A DNA stretch of 64,000 nucleotides from an uncultured Verrucomicrobiae bacterium (GCA_963789335.1 CAWBKH010000002.1:455703-519702); one strand, 5' to 3'; positions 17,810 to 26,380 are shown, counted from the stretch's first letter. The notes: a model not told the origin generated them from the letters alone. Translations and numbers: made by a program.

Positions 17810-17882
17810 CGGAGCGCGGGCTTCAGCCCGCTTCGACGCACAAATGGCTGGGGACAATGAAGTGGCATAAATGCCGCGCTCC
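17810..17882. repeat. REP-like palindromic element (outer arms GGAGCGCGG / CCGCGCTCC, inner hairpin GCGGGCTTCAGCCCGC)
   Basis: ggagcgcgggcttcagcccgcttcgacgcacaaatggctggggacaatgaagtggcataaatgccgcgctcc, read directly. It is intergenic, downstream of the beta-helix gene. Confidence 0.5.
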
Positions 17883-18084
17883 ATCAATCAGGACATTATC
17901 AATGATTCGGGTGGCTTTAATTGGAAAACGATTTCGCGGCGGCGCGTATGAAGACTGGCCATCGGCAGGTCACCCATGCTCGGCGCAACTGCGCCGGTGC
18001 CGTGATCCTGCGGCTGACTGTTTCCGCACTGCGCCGTCGGATTCTCCATGACGGTCGCGGGATGACAAACTGCTAAAAATAAAG

Positions 18085-18110
18085 AAACCACGCGCAAAGC
18101 GCGTGGTTTT
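18085..18110. terminator. 11-bp-stem hairpin flanked by A-run and T-run (potentially bidirectional terminator)
   Basis: aaaccacgcgc-aaa-gcgcgtggtttt. It is followed by two more hairpins, tgccccc-tataa-gggggca (18116-18134) and cccagccccc-aca-gggggctggg (18138-18160). Confidence 0.5.
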
Positions 18111-18187
18111 GAATCTGCCCCCTATAAGGGGGCAAAGCCCAGCCCCCACAGGGGGCTGGGCCACGCGCGTCATCCCCGGTTTTGTCG

Positions 18188-18622
18188 TTATCGGCTAAAC
18201 CGAAACTCTTCCTGTCTCTGTTCCTGCTGTTCTTGATATTTTACATACTTCCGTATCTTTTCTTCATCCAACCCCACCGTGCCCACACAGTAACCCTCCA
18301 CCCAGAAGTGGTTGCCCCAATACGGTCGCCGCCGCAGGTCGCGGAACGCCCCAAACAGTCGGATTGCGCTTTTGCCCTTCAACCGCCCCATGTAATCCGA
18401 GATCCGCACCTTCGGCGGAATCATCACCACCAAATGCACGTGATCGGCCTGCACATTCAACTCCACCACCTCACACTCCATTTGCCGACTCTGCTCCCGA
18501 ATACACAACTCCGCCTCCTCTTTTATCTTCCCTGCCAACACCCGATACCTATACTTCGGACACCAAACAATGTGATATTCGCAATACCAGATCGTATGCG
18601 ATTGCTTTCGGAATCTGCTCAT
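18188..18622 (-). CDS. tnpA: IS200-type Y1 (HUH) transposase TnpA
   Basis: MSRFRKQSHTIWYCEYHIVWCPKYRYRVL...VQADHVHLVVMIPPKVRISDYMGRLKGKSA...WGNHFWVEGYCVGTVG contains the HUH motif (HVH) and the catalytic Tyr region. The start is taken at the second Met of ORF 18188..18655. Confidence 0.85.
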   Translation of the reverse strand: MSRFRKQSHTIWYCEYHIVWCPKYRYRVLAGKIKEEAELCIREQSRQMECEVVELNVQADHVHLVVMIPPKVRISDYMGRLKGKSAIRLFGAFRDLRRRPYWGNHFWVEGYCVGTVGLDEEKIRKYVKYQEQQEQRQEEFRFSR

Positions 18623-18756
18623 GTGTTCTTCCTTTCTCGTTCGTTGTGGGGACAACGCGAGAACCGAATTACCATGAGCAGTTCCTTTGGCCTAGCCTTT
18701 GCCTCTAACCATGTCCACAGGACATGGTTTCTGAATCATCAATGAAACAAAAAAAC

Positions 18757-19604
18757 ATGAAAGCGCACGTTGAAAATCTTTTCCTTGTGTTGGCGCTGAT
18801 TGGCGGTCTCGGCTGGTTCGCGGTGCTGCCCGCGCGAGCCGATACCTTCTCCGACGGTGAATTCGTTTCTTATAGCGCGCCGGATTGGGTTAACATTCCG
18901 ATCGCAATCAACCTCATGTTTCATAACTTTAATGCCGCTTATTTATCGGTAGGCGACACGCTGGCTGTTGGTGATCCCAACGGTTTCATTCTCTCCTTCA
19001 CCAGCGCTACAACGGTCAGTGAATATCTGCCAACCTCGGGCGCCCCGGGCCGCTGGATTCATCCCATCTCAACCCGCTCACCACTGAAGCGGGCATATTC
19101 GGAGGCGATGTAATCGCGCTCAAGCTCGATGTTGACTTCTCCGCTGCCGGGCTGTTGCCACACCCCACAGGAATTTCATTTGGTGATCTTTACCTGACGG
19201 GTTTCGACGGAACATTGTCGGGCCTGAACGGCATGACCGTAAACGAGGTCCTGGCAATGGAGGAAGTTGCGCTGGGCGGTGGACCTGCTCCTATATCCAT
19301 CGCCGATATCGAATCAACCAGCCAGCTACTCCCCGGCGCGTTCACTGATGGCATGGTTACGACATTCGCCACCGAGCACCTTGCGTTGCCCCCGCCGCAA
19401 ATCAGCATCTTTGCATACGGCGCCAATGTAGTTCTGGCCTGGCCAGCCAACGCCGCCGCCTACGTCCTGCAATCCACCACCAGCCTGACTGCGCCGGCCT
19501 GGACCACCGTTTCGCCCGGCCCGGTCATTGTCGGCAACCAGTGCGAGGTGTTCACTCCCGTTTCCGGCACGCAGAAGTTTTACCGGTTAAAGTTAAACCA
19601 ATAA
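18757..19604 (+). pseudogene. Secreted protein with C-terminal ...FYRL module, split by a single-base frameshift
   Basis: ORF 18724..19113 has signal peptide MKAHVENLFLVLALIGGLGWFAVLPARA and runs to ...EYLPTSGAPG. It continues in the -1 frame (open from 19023) as LDSSHLNPLTTEAGIFGGDVIALKLDVDFSAAGLLPHPTGISFG..., which is ORF 19155..19604. The shift lies around gggccgctgg at 19047-19056. Confidence 0.65.
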
Positions 19605-20487
19605 ATGAAAGGATGAATCCATGAAAACGCACATTAAAAATCTGTTCACCCGCCTCGTCGGAGCTGCAGCGCGAAGCCGGAGCCTGTCGGTGCTGATTGC
19701 CGGTTTGTGTCTGATGCCCGCCAGTCGCGTGACGGCGCTCATCTTCTCGACACAACCCGTGACCGCCATTGCCGCCGGATACGGCCACACGCTTTTTACA
19801 AGGTCGGATGGCACCCTGTTCGTCATGGGCGATAATACCGACGGGCAGTTGGGCCTTGGCACCACAATCACGAATGTGAACGTCCCGACGGCTCTGACCA
19901 ACGGCGTTGGGACGATTGTCGCCGGAGGGTATCACAGCCTCTTTATCATGAACCGTGCGCTCTGGGCCATGGGCGACAATGAGCATGGGCAGTTGGGCGA
20001 TGGCACGTTCAACAATCATTATGTTCCCGAGCAGGTTTATGCTTTGGGTCACGGATTCTCGTTCACAGCGGTTGGGGCTGGATTGTATCATAGCCTGTTC
20101 GGAATTGCCAATCTCACCGGCGGCAGCCTCTTGGCGACGAATTACAATGGCTCTGGCCAGTTGGGTGACGGTTCGTATAATGATCACAATACTCCGGAAG
20201 TCATTTTTTCCGCCAGCCCGGGCAGCGCAGTTACGTCAGTTGCCGGCGGATCTGCTCACAGTATTTTTACCAAACCCGACCGCAACTTGTGGGGCATGGG
20301 TGGTGATACTCACGGGCAATTGGGCTATGTCGTAAGCACCAACAAGCCGGTGGAAATTTCGGCCGGCAGCTATGTTTCGACAGTTGCCGCCGGATCCGAT
20401 TTCAGCTTTTTTATTGGGACCGATGGCGACCTCTGGGCTTGGGGCGATAATACCGACGGGCAGTTGGGGACGCCGGATAATGATACC

Positions 20488-21643
20488 GAGACCTCTGCAA
20501 AAGGTCGTTTGAGTTGCTGATTTGATGTCAAAGTCATTATTCAACGAAAAATGGGTTTGGCGGCACGCCACGGTCGGCGATGTGAGCCACCGTTTTGAAC
20601 TTTTTTGTCCGCCGCGCGGGCGTTCTGAATGTTTTGCTTCATGTTCCGGTCAAACTCACCAGCCGTTTCAAGTTCCAACAGATGCTCTTGAACTCCAACT
20701 CCAGCCGATTGGGATCGCGCCCCACATACCGCACTCGCCCGTAGCCCGTGCTGCGCTTCCACCAGCCAAAGATTTTCTCAATCCCACACCGCACCCGGCT
20801 CATCACCGCATTGAACAGCACCGTCGTCCGGTCCAAGGGCTGTCCCCGAAACGCTTTGCGCAAAATGCCGTTGCCGATTTTCCGGCGCTCACACCAACGA
20901 GCGCGTTGAGCGCTCCAATAGGCTTTGTCGGCCATGACCATTTCCTCATCCCCTTTGACCACGGTTTCAAATTCCTGACTGTCATGAACGCTGGCGTCCG
21001 TCAAGGTGACGCAACGAATCACCGTCTGATCCCGGTCAACGGCCACGTGCGCTTTGTAGCCGTAGTGGGGTTGACCGCCCTTGACGGTAAAGCCCGCGTC
21101 GTCATCGCCGCCTCCTTTATCTGCCCGGCTCGGGGCGCGACGCGCCGCCTGCAACAGCGTGGCGTCCACCAGGGTGCAGGTTTTCAGGATGAACCCTTTT
21201 TGTTCCAGTTGATGGTTGACCAGCGCCAGCAGTTTTTCCTGCAGACCGTAACGGATGAGCCGCTGGCGAAAGCGCACCAGCGTGGTTTCATCGGGCACGC
21301 TGTCCTGCAAACCCAGCCCCACAAACCGCCGCCAACTCATCCGGTCGGCGACCAACTCCTCGCATTGCGGATCCGACAGCCCGTAGCAATGCTGGAGCAG
21401 GCTCATTTTGAAGAGCACCAGCGGCGGGTGCGGCGGATGGCCGGTGGTGGCCGGATACATCCGGTGCAGCACCGCTTCAATCGGTTTGAAATCCAGCGCG
21501 TGATCCAGCCCTTCCAAGAAATCGTTGGTCGGCACCGCAGGCATGAGGCTGTCCAAAAGTCCCAATTGAGGATTGCTCATCGTTTCCATGTCTCTCTGAC
21601 TTCGATTCAACCGCCCTGTTCAAATGAGTTTTGCAGAGGTCTC
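20488..21643 (-). mobile_element. IS5-family (IS4/IS5 DDE superfamily) insertion sequence, 1156 bp
   Basis: 15-bp perfect terminal inverted repeats: gagacctctgcaaaa (20488-20502) and ttttgcagaggtctc (21629-21643). A direct repeat ATACC flanks both ends (20483-20487 and 21644-21648). Confidence 0.85.
20639..21610 (-). CDS. IS5-family DDE transposase
   Basis: 323 aa. ...LFKMSLLQHCYGLSDPQCEELVADRMSWRRFVGL...TLVDATLLQA...YGYKAHVAVD...VMADKAYWS...RVRCGIEKIFGWWK is typical of DDE_Tnp_1-type IS5 transposases. Confidence 0.85.
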   Translation of the reverse strand: MNRSQRDMETMSNPQLGLLDSLMPAVPTNDFLEGLDHALDFKPIEAVLHRMYPATTGHPPHPPLVLFKMSLLQHCYGLSDPQCEELVADRMSWRRFVGLGLQDSVPDETTLVRFRQRLIRYGLQEKLLALVNHQLEQKGFILKTCTLVDATLLQAARRAPSRADKGGGDDDAGFTVKGGQPHYGYKAHVAVDRDQTVIRCVTLTDASVHDSQEFETVVKGDEEMVMADKAYWSAQRARWCERRKIGNGILRKAFRGQPLDRTTVLFNAVMSRVRCGIEKIFGWWKRSTGYGRVRYVGRDPNRLELEFKSICWNLKRLVSLTGT

Positions 21644-22244
21644 ATACCGATTATTCAGATCAGGACTATCCATTTCCTACCGCCGGCCCTGGTTTTGGAC
21701 CTGGCCATATTAACCTTGCCGTAGTAGCAATGGCCGCCGGAGCCGATCACAGTCTGTTTATTTTGTCCGATGGCAGCCTCTGGGGTATGGGGCTCAATTT
21801 AAGCGGCCAATTAGGAGTAGGCTACGTTTTTTATTTTACCGACATGCCGCAGGAAATTGAAGCCAGCAATGTCGTGGCCGTTGCCGCCGGAAACAATTTC
21901 AGCCTTTATCTCAAGTCCGATGGCAGTCTGTGGGGCATGGGGGACAATTCCTCCGGTCAATTGGGCACCGGCGATTACACGGAGCGTGATACGCCAGTGG
22001 AGATCGTCGCGCCGCCGCCGCAAATCTCCATCATTCCTTACGGCGCCAATGTGATTCTGACGTGGCCGGCCAACGCCGCCGCCTTCGTCCTGCAATCCAC
22101 CACAAATCTGGCTTCACCCAATTGGAGCACCGTTTCGCCCAACCCGATCATCGTCGGCAATCAGTGCGAAGTGTTCACTCCCAGTTCCGGCACGCAGAAA
22201 TTTTACCGGTTAATGTTAAACCAATAATTGAAAGGAGCAAACCC

Positions 22245-23657
22245 ATGAAAACTCGATTTAAAGCTCCATTTTTCTTGGCCATGTTGATTGGCGGCTTCGT
22301 TTTGATACCGGCGAGCCAAGTGACGGCGCAAAACTACCAGGCTTGGCCGGTGACCCAAATTGCCGCAGGAAGTGGCCATACTCTTTTTACGAAGTCGGAT
22401 GGCAGTCTGTGGGTAATGGGCGATAACAGTGCCGGCCAATTGGGCCTTGGCCCCACGATCACGAATGTGAACGTCCCGCAGCAGATTGTCTCCAATGGCG
22501 TTGTGCTGCTGGCCGTTGGATTCCAGCACAGCCTTTTTAAGAAGTCCGATGGCAGTCTATGGGGCATGGGCACCAATGGATCCGGCCAACTGGGCCTTGG
22601 TGCCACGGTTACGAGTGCGACCGTCCCGCAACAGATCATGTCCGGCGGCGTCGGGCTGATTGCCGCAGGCGGGGACCATAGCCTCTTTACCGGGGGCGGT
22701 CCACCTCGCCTCTGGGTTATGGGCGACAATACGTATGGCCAGTTGGGTGATGGCACATATACTGATCATTATGTTCCCGAGGCAGTCTTTCAACCTTCCG
22801 GCACCCGGGCCGGATTCATAGCCGTTGCCGCCGGAGCCTCTCATAGCCTTTTCGCAACTGTCAACACATCGGGTCGTGTCCTCTGGGGCATGGGCAATAA
22901 TGGGGCCAGTCAGTTAGGCATTGCACCTGACATCCAAAGCACCAACGTCCCACAGCAGATTCCCTCCTACGGCGGCCTTGGGACTGTCATTGCAGCCGGA
23001 CTTGATTACAGTTTTTTTATTGAGACCAATGGCGACCTCTGGGCTTGGGGCGATAATGAATACGGGAAGTTGGGGGCAGGATCAGAAAACGAGGAAGTTC
23101 AGGCTCCGTATGCTGTTTTCGGGCCAGAAATACATGTACCAGACATTCCTGTGGTGGCAATTGCCGGCGGATACGAACATAGTCTTCTTGTCCTGTCCGA
23201 TGGAAGCCTCTGGGGCATGGGCGACAATGAAAGTGGCGAGTTAGGGGTGGGCTTCGCTGGTTATTATACGGATAAGCCAGAGGAAATTGAAGCCAGTAAT
23301 GTCGTGGCCGTTGCTGCCGGAAACGGTTTCAGCCTGTTTATCAAGTCCGACGGCAGCCTGTGGGGCATGGGTTACAACGGAAACGGCCAATTGGGCACCG
23401 GCGATTATACCGATCGTTTTACGCCGGTGGAGATTGTGTCGCCGCCGCCGCAAATCAGCATCCTGCCTTACGGGGCCAACGTCATTCTGGCCTGGCCGAG
23501 CAATGCCGCCGCCTTCGTCCTGCAATCCACCACAAATCTGGCTTCACCCAATTGGACCACAGTTTCGCCCAGCCCGATCATCGTCGGCAATCAGTGCGAA
23601 GTGTTCACGCCCAGTTCCGGCACGCAGCAGTTTTACCGGTTAATGTTAAGCCAGTAA
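22245..23657 (+). CDS. RCC1-repeat (beta-propeller) secreted protein with C-terminal ...FYRL module (intact paralog)
   Basis: The start is taken at MKTRFKAPFFLAMLIGGFVLIPASQVTA (ATG at 22245, preceded by aaaggag). It has about seven blades with HSLF...DGSLWGMG.N..GQLG and a C-terminus PPPQISILPYGANVILAWPSNAAAFVLQSTTNLASPNWTTVSPSPIIVGNQCEVFTPSSGTQQFYRLMLSQ. Confidence 0.85.
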   Translation: MKTRFKAPFFLAMLIGGFVLIPASQVTAQNYQAWPVTQIAAGSGHTLFTKSDGSLWVMGDNSAGQLGLGPTITNVNVPQQIVSNGVVLLAVGFQHSLFKKSDGSLWGMGTNGSGQLGLGATVTSATVPQQIMSGGVGLIAAGGDHSLFTGGGPPRLWVMGDNTYGQLGDGTYTDHYVPEAVFQPSGTRAGFIAVAAGASHSLFATVNTSGRVLWGMGNNGASQLGIAPDIQSTNVPQQIPSYGGLGTVIAAGLDYSFFIETNGDLWAWGDNEYGKLGAGSENEEVQAPYAVFGPEIHVPDIPVVAIAGGYEHSLLVLSDGSLWGMGDNESGELGVGFAGYYTDKPEEIEASNVVAVAAGNGFSLFIKSDGSLWGMGYNGNGQLGTGDYTDRFTPVEIVSPPPQISILPYGANVILAWPSNAAAFVLQSTTNLASPNWTTVSPSPIIVGNQCEVFTPSSGTQQFYRLMLSQ

Positions 23658-23680
23658 TTGGCTGAAGCGGACAAAGCCGA

Positions 23681-23766
23681 TCACAGCCGCACCGGAATTT
23701 TTCTCTCCGCCAAAAATTTCTTCACGTCTCCAACGGTGTAGGTGCCAAAATGGAAAATGCTTACGC
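23681..23766 (-). pseudogene. Displaced duplicate of the hisF 3' end (last ~27 codons plus stop)
   Basis: Reverse translation gives [26 protein letters not shown]. The functional hisF end is [26 protein letters not shown] (24343-24428). By-eye alignment gives roughly 80% nucleotide identity over ~86 bp. Confidence 0.7.
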
Positions 23767-24009
23767 CACCCGTTTGAACTCGGTGTCGGCGCGTTCGGAC
23801 AGCCATTCGTTGATCATGCTTTGGTAGCGCGAGCCGCGCCGGTTGGCCACCGCCATGATTTTGTCCAGCACCAGAGTCGGCACGCGCACGGTTACTGATC
23901 GGCGCGTCGGCTTGAGCCGGGGGAAAATTACGGCCCGCGATTTGGTGATGTCGCTGCCCGCCTCGTCCGCCGCCGTCATTTTGCGGACGGTCTTATGGTT
24001 GTGATTCAT
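23761..24009 (-). CDS. brnA: BrnA-like antitoxin (ribbon-helix-helix type)
   Basis: 82 aa, overlapping the upstream toxin gene by 17 nt. ...RSVTVRVPTLVLDKIMAVANRRGSRYQSMINEWLSE is the typical BrnA C-terminal region. Confidence 0.7.
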   Translation of the reverse strand: MNHNHKTVRKMTAADEAGSDITKSRAVIFPRLKPTRRSVTVRVPTLVLDKIMAVANRRGSRYQSMINEWLSERADTEFKRVA

Positions 24010-24286
24010 AAAATGCCTTTTCTTTTTTGTTCATCGCTCGCGCCGAGATGACGCGGATTTTCCGGCCACGCACGGTAAAGGCGATTTTCAGCAGCCGCCC
24101 ATGCGTCGTGCCGCCCCACAGCCACCAGCGTTTTTCGGCCTGCGAATGGGGCACGTCATCCTGAACCCGGGCGCGCGGGTCGAAAAACGGTTCTTCCGCT
24201 TCTTTCACAGTGACGCCGTGTCTGGCGGGTTTGTGGCTGTTGCCCTCGTCCCACTCAAAACCCTCGACGTGCGCCAGCGGATTCAT
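23993..24286 (-). CDS. brnT: BrnT-like toxin (DUF497 family ribonuclease)
   Basis: 97 aa. FEWDEGNSHKPARHGVTVKEAEEPFFDP...WWLWGGTTHGRLLKIAFTVRGRKIRVISARAMNKKEKAFY is the DUF497/BrnT signature (F-x-WD-x-x-K ... ISAR). Confidence 0.75.
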   Translation of the reverse strand: MNPLAHVEGFEWDEGNSHKPARHGVTVKEAEEPFFDPRARVQDDVPHSQAEKRWWLWGGTTHGRLLKIAFTVRGRKIRVISARAMNKKEKAFYESQP

Positions 24287-24342
24287 GCCTCACAATATAT
24301 TGCTGAGGTATGCACAAGTCAATGTCTGAAAACAACTGTGGT

Positions 24343-25116
24343 TCACAGCCTCACCGATATTCCTTTATTCGCCAGGAATTTCTTCACGTCGCCGACGGTG
24401 TAGGTGCCAAAATGGAAGATGCTCGCGGCGAGAACGGCGTCGGCTTTGCCTTCGAGCAACACGGCGGCCATGTGTTCCAGCGTGCCCGCGCCGCCGCTGG
24501 CCACCACCGGCACGCCGACCGATTCACTGATGCGCCGGGTGATGACCAAATCGAATCCGGCTTTCGTGCCGTCGGCGTCAATGGAGTTCAAAACAATTTC
24601 GCCCGAACCGAGCGCCACGGCCTTCTTTGCCCATTCAATCGCGTCGAGACCGGTCGTTTTACGGCCACCGTGCGAAAAAACCTCCCATTTGTCCGGCCCG
24701 ACTTTTTTCGCGTCAATTGAGACGACGACGCACTGGCTGCCGAATTTTTCCGCGCCTTCGCGGATGAGTTCGGGCCGGGCGAGTGCGCTGGAGTTGATGC
24801 TGATTTTGTCCGCGCCGGCGCGGAGCATGGTAAACATGTCGTCCACGGACTTGAGGCCGCCGCCGACGGTGAGCGGCATGAAGCATTGATCGGCGGCACG
24901 TTCAATCACATCTACCATCGTTGCCCGGCCATGCGCCGTGGCGGTGATGTCGAAGAACACCATTTCGTCGGCCCCTTGCTCGTTATAGCGGAGCGCGAGT
25001 TCGACAGGGTCGCCGACATCGCGGAGTTCGCCCGCCTCGGCCTTGCCGAATTGGACGCCGCGTGTGACTTGGCCGGCGTGCACGTCGAGGCACGGAATGA
25101 CTCGTTTGGCAATCAT
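24343..25116 (-). CDS. hisF: Imidazole glycerol phosphate synthase cyclase subunit
   Basis: [12 protein letters not shown]...[12 protein letters not shown]...PLTVGGGL...GADKISINS...VVVSIDAK...[15 protein letters not shown]. The start is taken at [12 protein letters not shown] within ORF 24343..25152. Confidence 0.9.
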   Translation of the reverse strand: MIAKRVIPCLDVHAGQVTRGVQFGKAEAGELRDVGDPVELALRYNEQGADEMVFFDITATAHGRATMVDVIERAADQCFMPLTVGGGLKSVDDMFTMLRAGADKISINSSALARPELIREGAEKFGSQCVVVSIDAKKVGPDKWEVFSHGGRKTTGLDAIEWAKKAVALGSGEIVLNSIDADGTKAGFDLVITRRISESVGVPVVASGGAGTLEHMAAVLLEGKADAVLAASIFHFGTYTVGDVKKFLANKGISVRL

Positions 25117-25215
25117 TGCTCCAATTGAAACGCCACTGGCCGTCGAAGGCAATCCATTCTACGCGTTGAAATTGATTTACTTTGCCCGGCACTGAAATAT
25201 ATTTGGCAGTCACGT

Positions 25216-25302
25216 GCCGACGTGGCGGAATTGGCAGACGCGCTAGACTCAAAATCTGGTATCCGTGAGGATGTGTGGGTTCGACCCCCTCCGTCGGCAC
25301 CA
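25216..25302 (+). tRNA. tRNA-Leu (anticodon CAA), long variable arm, encoded CCA
   Basis: gccgacgtggcggaattggcagacgcgctagactCAAaatctggtatccgtgaggatgtgtgggttcgaccccctccgtcggcacca. The acceptor stem GCCGACG pairs with CGTCGGC, and a T-loop GGTTCGA is present. Confidence 0.85.
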
Positions 25303-25323
25303 TCCGACAAATCTCAAACACGC

Positions 25324-26349
25324 ATGGCTTTCAAAGACTTTGCGAACCAAACGCAAGGCATTCAATTGCTGCAACGTTCGCTGGCGCGCGGGCGGCTCGG
25401 CCACGCCTATCTTTTTACCGGCCATCAGCTTGAGGAATTGGAATTGCTCGCCCGTACGCTGGCCAAGACGTTGAATTGTCAGAAATCGCTCAAAACCGCC
25501 GGCGTGGCGACCGATTGCTGTGACGAATGTCTGAGTTGCCGGAAAATTGACCACGAAACGCACGTGGATGTGCATTGGGCGCGGCCCGAATCCAAGTCGC
25601 GGGTGGTCACGGTTGAGCAAACGCGTGAATTGATGCGCGAGATTCAACTCAAACCCACCGAGGCCGAATACAAGGTCATCATCATTGCGGCGGCGGACCG
25701 CTTGAACACGCAGGCAGCGAACGCCTTCTTGAAAACGCTTGAAGAGCCGCCCGCCAAGTCGGTTTTGATTTTGCTTTCGACCGAACCACAGCGGATTCTG
25801 GAAACGATTTTGTCGCGCTGCCTGCGGTTGAATTTTTCCACCGAAGGCACCCGAACGCTCGATGAAGCCCAAGCCGAATGGCTGGCCCGATTCAGCGTCC
25901 TGGCAGCAGACGAGCAAACAAGCCTGCTGGGCCGTTATCGTCTGCTCGATGTGTTGCTTCAAAAACTCGGCGAAATCCGCGCGCGCGTGGACGAAGCGCT
26001 CACGGCCCGTTCGCCGTTACAACGTTATGACGACGTGGATAAAGATTTGCGCGAACGATGGGAGGACGAACTGGCCGCGGCGGTTGAGGCGGAATACCGA
26101 CGGCAGCGCGCGGATTTGATTTTGATCGTGCAATGGTGGCTGCGGGACGTCTGGCTGCACACCCTGGCCGTCGGTAGAAATTTGCTGAATTTCCCGCAAG
26201 TTACCGGTGCTGCGTCCATCGCAAAAAAAATCACGCCACGCCAGGCGTTGGACAATTTGCAAACCTTGGAACAAACGCAACGGCTGCTGCACACCAACGT
26301 GCAGGAAGCGCTGGCACTGGAAGTAGGCATGCTGAAACTACATCTCTGA
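25324..26349 (+). CDS. holB: DNA polymerase III delta-prime subunit
   Basis: Starts MAFKDFANQTQGIQLLQRSLARGRLGHAYLFTG. It has a Cys cluster CCDECLSCRKI and ...AANAFLKTLEEPP...ILSRC. The listed ORF start at 25222 overlaps the tRNA and is rejected. Confidence 0.85.
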   Translation: MAFKDFANQTQGIQLLQRSLARGRLGHAYLFTGHQLEELELLARTLAKTLNCQKSLKTAGVATDCCDECLSCRKIDHETHVDVHWARPESKSRVVTVEQTRELMREIQLKPTEAEYKVIIIAAADRLNTQAANAFLKTLEEPPAKSVLILLSTEPQRILETILSRCLRLNFSTEGTRTLDEAQAEWLARFSVLAADEQTSLLGRYRLLDVLLQKLGEIRARVDEALTARSPLQRYDDVDKDLRERWEDELAAAVEAEYRRQRADLILIVQWWLRDVWLHTLAVGRNLLNFPQVTGAASIAKKITPRQALDNLQTLEQTQRLLHTNVQEALALEVGMLKLHL

Positions 26350-26380
26350 CGCCGCGCCTTGCCGCCACAGTGTGCCGTAA

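Larger units (their letters stand above)
18085..18729 (-). mobile_element. IS200/IS605-family insertion sequence (tnpA only; approximate ends)
   Basis: A Y1 HUH transposase gene is flanked by subterminal hairpins. There are three hairpins at 18085-18160 downstream of tnpA and a perfect 10-bp stem aaccatgtcc-aca-ggacatggtt (18707-18729) upstream. No inverted repeats are present, as expected for this family. Confidence 0.7.
19621..22227 (+). pseudogene. RCC1-repeat (beta-propeller) secreted protein with C-terminal ...FYRL module, interrupted by an IS5-family element
   Basis: ORF 19621..20520 and ORF 21631..22227 carry repeated GxxHSLF...DGxLWxMGDNxxGQLG blades. Removing 20488-21648 joins ...GTPDNDT to DYSDQDYPFPT... 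in frame. Confidence 0.8.

Noticed and set aside
20522-21724. 400-aa plus-strand ORF inside the IS5-family element
   Set aside because: It is antisense to the clearly recognisable DDE transposase (20639..21610) and runs across the IS terminal repeat into the flanking gene. It is not a real gene.
19389-23657. Diversity-generating retroelement (template/variable repeats) as an explanation for the three near-identical 3' gene ends
   Set aside because: Differences between the copies involve all four bases rather than adenine-specific substitutions. No reverse transcriptase or accessory gene is present in the window.
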